From the NCBI GenBank assembly GCA_032718475.1, contig JAUCBJ010000285.1, positions 1 to 37,330 of the forward strand: a stretch of DNA of 37,330 bases, in the 5' to 3' direction. Shown here piece after piece: positions 22,542-30,159 of the stretch (positions are counted from its first letter, which is position 1; every line of letters starts with the position of its first letter). Made by a program: the position numbers and the translations under genes. Origin of the DNA: Nemertoderma westbladi (Eukaryota; Animalia; Xenacoelomorpha). The notes below the pieces were generated by a model, which saw only the letters and a list, made by a program, of their open reading frames with translations, was not told where the DNA came from and did no database searches.

Positions 22542-23894
22542 TTAAACGCATTTATAATTGTCACCAATGTCTGCAGCAGGATCCGTAGTAGGGAACTTAT
22601 CACCTCTTGTAGAATCACCACTGTCATTGCCTTCAAGAAGGCACAGCTTCTGGATAGGGCGTTGGTAGTGGCCCTTTGCCGTTCGTATCGTCACAGTCCT
22701 CGCAAGTCCGTCTTTGCTTGGGTGTATGGTCACGACCCGCGCCACAGGCCAGTGAACGCGGTCTTTGAGATCTTCTTTAACTAGCACCATGTCGCCAACT
22801 GCGACGTTCCGGTAGGTGTTGTTCCATTTCCTCCTGGTCCGGAGGGTTATGAGGTATTCCTGGGCCCAAATTCTCCACCAATGCGCTGCCAACGCTTGGG
22901 CCTTTTTCCAGTTTGTATGTTTCGCGATCTCGTTGGGATCCGGGAACATGGTTTCCGGGAGGAGGTGGGTTTTGGGTCTCCCCAGTAGATGGTTAGGAGT
23001 GAGGGACTCAACTGAGGCGTTCGCCATCCGGGTATTATGGCAGATTAGTCCGTGCTCTCCCATTATTGGTGTCAATGTTATCAACATCATTATTATCATC
23101 AACAACCTTATTAGCCACCAAAGCATGGGCACGCGCCAATGTCCGTCTTTAAACGTGGCCTGGTCGAGAACGTCCATACAATATTGGTCCTCTTCGGATG
23201 GATTTTCGTCCTTTTCCGCGAACTCCTGGGTCTCCAAATTAAAATATTTCGTCATCTCTCGTTGGGTTTTCTCGGTTTCCAGAAACAAATCCTCGTCGAG
23301 ATCCGAAGCTGAGCAGTAACCCACGGAGGTTACATTCTCTTTAATCTGACATTTGGGAAGGTAGGTATAGGTGTCCGTGGTTTCCTCCTTAATGCCGCAG
23401 AGTGTCCATCCCATTATTGTTCGTTCAGCATAAAATCCGTCATCCTGGTTTATAGATCGGGCGATATCTCCGGTGGGGATGTGTAGTTCCGGTGTATCAA
23501 GTCCGATCAGTAGGGTGATACGGTTTACGTCCAACTGCGGACACCTCAGGTCTACATCGTCCCGGTCCAATTGTATGAGGGGGGCGTACTCGGCTGATTG
23601 TCGGAACCGCACCCGGAGGTCTGTGTGTACCAAGGCGTTCTTTATGGTTAACTTAGCCGTTTCGTAGCCCTTCATCACTCCTTCCATCTGGAGTTGCACC
23701 TCCCCGGACTCTACCTCTCTGTTATCGGTGATGGTTTGTATGGGCCGTTTACAAGGCTCATATTCTAGGCCGAGTTGCTCGAGAAAATCCCGGTCGATGA
23801 TGGTTCCGTCGGACCCGTTATCGAGGAATGCGAGTGTCGTCAAAGATTTGCCGACTCCTTGGATCCTTACTGGGATTACCTTTGCGAAAACCAT
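22542..23894 (-). CDS. Aspartic protease fused in frame to the BEL integrase C-terminal (DUF5641-like) region; RT-RNaseH-IN core deleted
   Basis: AFLDNGS; RTIMGWTLCG; RT N-terminal remnant DGHWRVPMLW; then directly SLTPNHLLG, WWRIWAQEYL, VGDMVLV, WPVARV, DGLARTV, RPIQKLCLLE. Confidence 0.9.
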   Translation of the reverse strand: MVFAKVIPVRIQGVGKSLTTLAFLDNGSDGTIIDRDFLEQLGLEYEPCKRPIQTITDNREVESGEVQLQMEGVMKGYETAKLTIKNALVHTDLRVRFRQSAEYAPLIQLDRDDVDLRCPQLDVNRITLLIGLDTPELHIPTGDIARSINQDDGFYAERTIMGWTLCGIKEETTDTYTYLPKCQIKENVTSVGYCSASDLDEDLFLETEKTQREMTKYFNLETQEFAEKDENPSEEDQYCMDVLDQATFKDGHWRVPMLWWLIRLLMIIMMLITLTPIMGEHGLICHNTRMANASVESLTPNHLLGRPKTHLLPETMFPDPNEIAKHTNWKKAQALAAHWWRIWAQEYLITLRTRRKWNNTYRNVAVGDMVLVKEDLKDRVHWPVARVVTIHPSKDGLARTVTIRTAKGHYQRPIQKLCLLEGNDSGDSTRGDKFPTTDPAADIGDNYKCV

Positions 23895-23905
23895 GTAGCG
23901 GCGAT

Positions 23906-26509
23906 TTATAAGTTAATCGTGGCCGAAATATTTGTTACTTGTGGTGTAGCGGTGGAGATTTTAAACGGGTTGGTTTCTCTCCGTTGGGTTGTCCGGGTTC
24001 CTTTGAAGATGTGGTTTGTTTCTCCTCTTCGCCTGGCTTCGATCCGAAAGGGGAGGGTAGTAAAATCGAAGTTCGCGGGGATGTGGAGGAGCGTGTGATG
24101 GCGTTGGTCGTTACAGACAGTACAGCATGATCTTTGGTCGCACTCCCGAACATAGTGACCTGTTCCAAGACACCGGAAGCATCCTCGGTGTTTCATTATC
24201 GCCTCGAAGCGTGGGACAAGTTCGGCGAACTGAAACTTTCTGCAGAATTCCACTTTGTGTTTCTCCCCACAGAAGAGACATATAGTGGAGGCTGTGGTGC
24301 CTTCCCTTTCGGGTGCCCAATTCGCTAGGTAGCATGCCCATTCTTCTGCTAAGGTCGGTTCCTCGTAATCCTCGTCATCCGAGTCCTCAGCCATACTGAT
24401 GGCCATCGCACTCACAGGAGTAGGGCGGAATCTTGGGTTTGGAGTGGGTGCCCTGCTCTGGTAATTGCTCTCCATTGCGTCCAACTTGGCGAGACTTTGT
24501 TTCGAGAACATCGAGTCATTCATGGCTTCGGAGATATCGTCCAGGAATGCCGACATTTCGAGGAAGCTGGGATCTTGATCTGGATGTCTGCGCCGGAGAT
24601 CTACGCATTTATAGGCCCACTTACTTTGCAGCCATCCGGGGAACTTCCGGGCGATCTGTCGGAGGTTTAGAATGTTGTTCACCTGGTCCTCCTTATTTAA
24701 GGGTTTCAGAGTGTAGTAGGCATCCTTCATGGAATCTGAGAATTCCTGGAGGTTCTGTGGGTCCCCTAGTGATCCCGCGTCTTGTATCAGTTTCTCTAGA
24801 GTTTTATTAATTATAGTTCCGGTATTTCCGTATCTTTTATCTAGAGTTTTCCATGCGTCATAGTATGCCTCATGAGAACCTCCCTCAAAACATGCAACAA
24901 TTCTGCGTGGTTTGTCACCCAGGTATTGCGATAAATATACCAATTTCTGTGCGTCGGCTATGTCCGTTGATCCGATCTGCGCAAAGAACCGTTTCTTGAA
25001 TCTGAGGTAATCGACGGGATCTCCTTCGAAGGTGCGAATCTCCATCTTCGGCATGGCAAGGCGGTTCTCCAACGCCCGGATGATGCTGACGTCGTCTGAA
25101 CTGGAGTGACTCGGAGGGTTATAGTCATTGGCACTCACTCCCATACTTGATGGATCAATAATAGGTGGAGTTTTAATAATGACGCGGCTGCGAGTTTGTG
25201 GTGTTGATGTAAATGGGTTGTTTGATCGGGGAGTGGCGTCCCGTTCCGAGTCCTTTTCAGGCTCGTACTTGGGTACACTCGCTGTCGTGGTGTTGGATAG
25301 GAAATAGGGTTCCTCATTCTTTAGCCTAGCCGGTGGGGGATGGAACACCGGTGCTTGTGCCGATAGCGTAGACTGTTTGGTAGGCGGGATTTCGGGTTTC
25401 GGAAGTTTCGCCGCTGTCGGTATAAATGACTTTTCTAATTCCGGTACCGGGATTGGTTCATATTCCTGATCTATATCCCTCTCCCAGTCCTCGTAGAGTT
25501 GAATATCTCGTTCTATAAGTGCGGCTTCGTATTCCGCGAGTTTTGCAATATCCGCGTTCTTTTTGTGGATGAGAATTGCTTGGGCCTCGGCGTGTTGTTT
25601 ACGCATTTCTGCTTCCCATTTACGTTGTTCGATCTCCCGTTCGGCCTCTCGTCCGCGTTGTTCGGCCTCCTGTTTGCGTTGTTCGGCCTCGTGTTTGCGC
25701 TGTTCGGCCTGTCGTTCGTCCTCTCGTTTGCGTTGTTCGTCTTCTCGCCTGCGTTGTTCGGCCTGTCGTTCGTCCTCTCGTTTGCGTTGTTCGTCCTCTC
25801 GCCTGCGTTGTTCGGCTTCCTGTTCACGTTGTTCGGCCTGCCGTTCGGCCGCTTGTTCGGCCTCTCGCCTTTGTGTTTCTGCAGCTAATACATCTTGCTC
25901 GGCTTGCAGTTGAATATACTCATCTTCCATCCGAGCTTTGAGGGCTAATGCCTTCCGCTCTCGCAGTTGGTCTCGGAGTGGCGGCGCCCCTTGAGAACTG
26001 CGCGCTGAGCCGGATATCTCGCTCCTAGCGCTGGAGTGCTGATTTCTGGTGGACCCCATTCTTTTGCGATGTACTCCTGTCCTGATGCTGGAGGATCGTA
26101 CTGATTCCGCGTCTGTTCTTTCAGCCCTCTTGTAATACTGTTCCTCATAGCCTCTCACAAGGCTGAGGGTCCTCCGGTGTTGTTTGCGGAACCCATCTAG
26201 ATGTACAACGTGTTCTTCCAGCTTGGGGTAGTTTTCCAGATCGGTGGGGGGAACAAGCTCTTGGTACGCCTGTATCATTCTTTCGTACCGCTGTAGGATA
26301 TTTCGGATACTTTGAAGCTGAGTTTGTACCTCATTGAGGGGGGTTTTGACTCCCTTGAGTTGTTTCTCCATCCGTTGATACGCTCGGGTTACTCCGCCTT
26401 TAAGAGCCCCTAACCGACGGGTCATGTTTTTGACGTTTGGTACCTCGTCGGCTTCCGAGTCTGTGTGGTGATCCATCTCGTCGGTATCGGATACGTTATT
26501 TGTTGTCAT
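23906..26509 (-). CDS. gag: BEL/Pao Gag, 867 aa
   Basis: LKGGVTR N-terminus, EQR-rich coiled-coil repeats, RTFEGDPVDY...AWKTLDKRYGN core, three knuckles CLFCGEKHKVEFC, CFRCLGTGHYVREC, CTVCNDQRHHTLLH. Confidence 0.93.
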   Translation of the reverse strand: MTTNNVSDTDEMDHHTDSEADEVPNVKNMTRRLGALKGGVTRAYQRMEKQLKGVKTPLNEVQTQLQSIRNILQRYERMIQAYQELVPPTDLENYPKLEEHVVHLDGFRKQHRRTLSLVRGYEEQYYKRAERTDAESVRSSSIRTGVHRKRMGSTRNQHSSARSEISGSARSSQGAPPLRDQLRERKALALKARMEDEYIQLQAEQDVLAAETQRREAEQAAERQAEQREQEAEQRRREDEQRKREDERQAEQRRREDEQRKREDERQAEQRKHEAEQRKQEAEQRGREAEREIEQRKWEAEMRKQHAEAQAILIHKKNADIAKLAEYEAALIERDIQLYEDWERDIDQEYEPIPVPELEKSFIPTAAKLPKPEIPPTKQSTLSAQAPVFHPPPARLKNEEPYFLSNTTTASVPKYEPEKDSERDATPRSNNPFTSTPQTRSRVIIKTPPIIDPSSMGVSANDYNPPSHSSSDDVSIIRALENRLAMPKMEIRTFEGDPVDYLRFKKRFFAQIGSTDIADAQKLVYLSQYLGDKPRRIVACFEGGSHEAYYDAWKTLDKRYGNTGTIINKTLEKLIQDAGSLGDPQNLQEFSDSMKDAYYTLKPLNKEDQVNNILNLRQIARKFPGWLQSKWAYKCVDLRRRHPDQDPSFLEMSAFLDDISEAMNDSMFSKQSLAKLDAMESNYQSRAPTPNPRFRPTPVSAMAISMAEDSDDEDYEEPTLAEEWACYLANWAPEREGTTASTICLFCGEKHKVEFCRKFQFAELVPRFEAIMKHRGCFRCLGTGHYVRECDQRSCCTVCNDQRHHTLLHIPANFDFTTLPFRIEARRRGETNHIFKGTRTTQRRETNPFKISTATPQVTNISATINL

Positions 26510-26697
26510 TGTAACGCCTCGTCGATGGCGAGATACGCGATGTCGTAAAACAGTTCCTCGTAGGTATTGTACTCAGCTTGAACCACCCGAACAGTAATCC
26601 TGAATCGTCCGACGTTCGTTCCTTGTACCTCAACTTCGACGTGCCAGATTCCTGGCTCAACTTGAATTATATCAATGGGTGTGATCGATACTTCCAT
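26506..26697 (-). CDS. 63-aa upstream ORF overlapping the gag start (ATGA)
   Basis: ATG start; its TGA overlaps the gag ATG; protein-like alternating hydrophobic pattern followed by an acidic helix. Confidence 0.5.
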   Translation of the reverse strand: MEVSITPIDIIQVEPGIWHVEVEVQGTNVGRFRITVRVVQAEYNTYEELFYDIAYLAIDEALQ

Positions 26698-26863
26698 TCC
26701 CTGTTAACAACTCTCCAAATATGTGATCTGCCGACTACGAATTGGTTAGATCGAGTTTGCTGATTAATTAAACCACGACTTTGTCTCAACTCAAATACCA
26801 GAGTTTCCTCGTAGTGGGTGCTGGCAAGCACGTAGAGAGTTTTTGAAGAGTATTGAAGGATTC

Positions 26864-26993
26864 TCAACTTCCACCAGTTGAAGTTGACCACGATAATTAT
26901 TCTTAATTTTGACACCCTGTCAAAATTAACCACGTGAATTATTCTTAATTTTGACACCCTGTCAAAATTAACCGCATTAATTATTCTTAATTT
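26864..26993. repeat. 42-bp-period hairpin repeats at the expected PBS position
   Basis: TTAATTTTGACA-CCC-TGTCAAAATTAA at 26903-26929 and 26945-26971; variant TCAACTTC-N8-GAAGTTGA at 26864-26887; AATTATTC at 26895, 26937 and 26979. Confidence 0.9.
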
Positions 26994-28600
26994 TGTTGCC
27001 GTTATTCCTACACCAGGGGGGAAAAACGCCGATGCTGGAGACGTGACTTAACAGACCACCGAGCCCCGGCCAGTCACCGGATATTGATTGTGGGGAGGGA
27101 ATATTTTCTAAGATGCAAGTTTGCGGTTGAGAAAAGCTGCATTAGTTGGATATACTCTTTAATGTAACTGAACTCTGTTGAACCTTGTTCAACAATATTG
27201 AAACTTGATTAAGAATAATTTTGGGCTTCCCCAAATCAATATACACCAAATATTCACAATAATTATACACGATAATATAAATCCCTACGGTATATTATTT
27301 AATAACCCACTGTTCGCTCAGAATTTTAGCCTACCTAATGTTCCTCAGATTTTCCCTCAGTCCCAGTCTTAGTACCGTAGTGTCGGTGTCGGTCGACCCT
27401 GTCGCGTGTCCGTTCCACCCCTCACGAACCCCGAAGGGAACGATCATCGAGAACCAGCACGGCTTGGCTAAGGGTCGGTCCAGTCGGTAGACTCTGTCGC
27501 GTATCCGTACCACCCCTCTCGAACCCCGAAGGGTTCGGTCATCGAGAACCAGTACGGCTTGGCTAGGAGTCTGTCATGTCGGTGGACCCGTTCGCGTGTC
27601 CGTTCCACCCCTCACGAACCCCGAAGGGTTCGATCATCGAGAACCAGAACGGCTTGGCTAGGGGTCCGTCAGTTCATCACAGAAACCCAACCACCTAGGC
27701 TTTCCGAGTCCGTTTCAGGCTCGTAGTCGCTTCAGCAGCCGAGAAACTGCTCCGAACAGTCGGTAGGCCAGTAGAGTCTAGTCGAGTCTAGTCCTTTGTC
27801 TTTCGACCCCATCGCGTGTCCGTTCCACCCCTCACGAACCCCGAAGGGAACGATCATCGAGAACCAGAACGGCTTGGCTAAGGGGTCTGTCGTCGGTTCC
27901 CGTCGCAAATCCCAGTCAAGCAGTCAGCGTTCCGAGTTCTTTTCAGGCTCGTAGTAGCTGCCGTTGACCCGAGACCGCTAAGGGCAGTCCTTGTCAAACC
28001 AGTCCTGTGGCCAGCCCTTTCGCATGTCCGTCCCACCCCTCACGAACCCCGAAGGGATCGGTCATCGAGAACCAGTACGGCTTAGGTCAGGGGGCAGTCG
28101 TTAGTTGGCCACCTGTTCGCGTGTCCGCTCCACCCCTCACGAACCCCGGGGTTCGATCATCGAGAACCAGAACGGCTTGGCTACTAAGGGGCCGTCGGTG
28201 CCCGTCGCAAATCCCTGACACAAGCAGTCAGCGTTCCGAGTTCTTTTCAGTCTCGTAGTAGCTGCCGTTGGCCAGGGACCGCTAAGGGCAGTCCTTGTCC
28301 TTTAGGCCTGGCGCATTACCAAATCCACCCCTACAGGCAGCAGGAAGTTGGCCAGGGCCTAATAGTACTCAGGCTAACCTGAATACTGCTTGCATTTTCC
28401 ATCCCCCCTGGCCCTTATAACTATGAAATTATTCCCGTACCCTGTAAGTTGCCCCAAAGTTCGCCCATAAATCGCCCCCAGTTTATTGAATGTGCCCAAA
28501 ACCCATGGTCCCGCACCCAGTAGTAATATCGGAATAATCAATTTTAAATAAATACAAAAATATTCAACTCGCGTTATGGAAAGTTGAAATACCGCGAACA
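26994..28600 (-). repeat. 5' LTR of element C (1607 bp)
   Basis: TG...CA termini; direct repeat of 17539-18527 plus 618 bp; followed by the TSD. Confidence 0.96.
27394..28195 (-). ncRNA. Array of six ~70-nt conserved cores forming predicted rod-like hairpins inside the LTR
   Basis: Cores start at 27401, 27496, 27591, 27811, 28019 and 28116; covarying closing stems; C(UUCG)G cap on the element-sense strand in units 1-5 (shortened in unit 6). Confidence 0.7.
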
Positions 28601-29036
28601 GAAAGTATTATAGAACCCTGAAGACTTAGTGGTTCGGCATTTTTGGTGCACCAAAATTAGGGAGGGGCACTTTTTCCCTGATTGTGCTGTACCAATAATG
28701 ACGTACCAGTAAGACTTGAGGCTTCAATAATACTTTCAATCGATTCAGCGGTCCAGATAACCTATAAAAATGGGTTGAAATGAAAACCTTGTGGTATTTT
28801 CTGAATATCGTAATTTTGAAAATTTGATGTAAGTCTACTTGCCACGCCCTAATTTTGGTGCACCAAAAATGATGTACCACTAAGAATTGAGACTTCTATA
28901 TTACTTTCAATCGATTAAGCGGGCCAGAAAACCCATAAAAATGCGTTGAAATCAAAACTCCTGAGTATTTAACGAATATTGCAATTTTGAAAATTTGAAG
29001 TGCCCCGCCCTAATTAATTATAGTGCACCAAAAATT
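28601..29036. repeat. ~175-bp satellite/MITE-like repeat units with palindrome TTTTGGTGCACCAAAA
   Basis: Remainder of the inverted unit (to ~28670), then two diverged forward units (~28690-28860, ~28860-29036). Confidence 0.75.
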
Positions 29037-29340
29037 CCACTTCCCTTACATTCTTATATATGTAGAGTGCAGAGTGTAGTAGAGTGCTGCATACGAATCA
29101 GAATCAGTAAAAAAAGCCCCTATATAAAGAATTACTATCTCACAAATGACCTTGTAAAACTCGAAAATTTCAAAAAATTTCTGCTGGGGACCAAATTTTG
29201 AGGTGGCACCCACATCGAGAAGTTGAAATCTAATTGCAACGCCGTTTTTTTGCAAAAGATGCGCCATTAAATTTGACTAATTCTCGTAAACAATTGGGCT
29301 GGTACATAATGTTGTTGCATAGATACAGTAATTAAAAACT

Positions 29341-29386
29341 AGGAAGGGGCTGATTGCCCCCCCCCCCCCCCGTGGTAATAGGGTTA
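29341..29386. mobile_element. Possible terminus of a non-autonomous DNA transposon
   Basis: GGGGC..TTGCCCC + poly-C + GTGGTAATAGGGTTA resembles the CCC/GGG-TTAA ends of invertebrate MITEs; no partner end in the window. Confidence 0.25.
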
Positions 29387-30159
29387 TGTCTACTTCATTA
29401 GTGGAGACTCCTTTACTGTTCGAAACTGACTCTAGATTCCCTTTAGAAAGTACGAATCCAACATTAACCAGTAGCCAAATCCCAGTAGCTCAGACTAGTA
29501 GCAAGCCTGGAGAACGAAAATCGTTTGGGCAAGAGTTGTCCCTGTCGCCCCGATGGGCCATCCAGCCACTCCGTTGGGTCTCCCGCACCTGCGGATAGAG
29601 GAAGGGCGGCGGAAGATGGGCGACCTTTTCCAGTAACTGACCCAGGATAAGTTAAAATCCGCGGGTCAGTTGAGGGATTTGGAAGGTACATTTAACTCAC
29701 TAAATGGAACAGTACGAGATAATAAAATTGAATTGCAAGAATACAGCAACGTATCGCTCTAGAAAGTGACAAATTAGTAAATATAAAAAAGGGTATAGCA
29801 CCACCCCCTGTAACGCCTTTCAACATCTTAGGTCTGAATCATATCATGCGCAAGGTGTAGAGCCTACACGTATCTATACTGCTAGTGAAGTGGAAACTCC
29901 TGTAGCAAACCATACTAATCGTATTAATAAACCAACTTATGATATCCCATATGCGCCTGACTATAATCCTAGAAATATATATTCTGACAATTTGATATTG
30001 AACAATACGATGGCTCAGTAGAGTTTTACGCGTCTGGTGGCTAGAACAGAGGCCTGTCAAGCCATAAAGGTGGAAGAGGTTGTCAAGTTTAATGGAGATG
30101 AGATGAAGTGGCTGCCTTTTAATGAATATTATAAGGATAACATACAAAACTCTGTATTA

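Larger units (their letters stand above)
17539..28600 (-). mobile_element. Complete non-autonomous BEL/Pao-derived LTR element C (11062 bp)
   Basis: Two LTRs TGTTGCC...GCGAACA, 5-bp TSD GAAAG at 17534-17538 and 28601-28605, PPT next to the left LTR, BEL gag/protease/integrase C-terminus; no RT, RNase H or DDE core. Confidence 0.96.

Noticed and set aside
25499-25941. Several overlapping plus-strand and alternative-frame ORFs (also 11357-11863, 19087-21114)
   Set aside because: Shadows of repetitive or GC-rich coding sequence on the other strand or frame.
27394-28195. CRISPR array interpretation of the repeat/variable-spacer pattern
   Set aside because: Eukaryotic LTR context, no cas genes, ~70-nt repeats, irregular spacers of 25-150 nt, and the spacer ends are the closing stems of each hairpin.
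27401-28264. Hammerhead or other known self-cleaving ribozyme
   Set aside because: CGAUGA and CUGAAAA resemble but do not match the CUGANGA...GAAA core, and no three-way junction was found by eye; an unknown ribozyme is not excluded.
29386-29691. Short GC-richer ORFs on both strands
   Set aside because: No recognisable motif; could be a retroelement scrap but cannot be supported.
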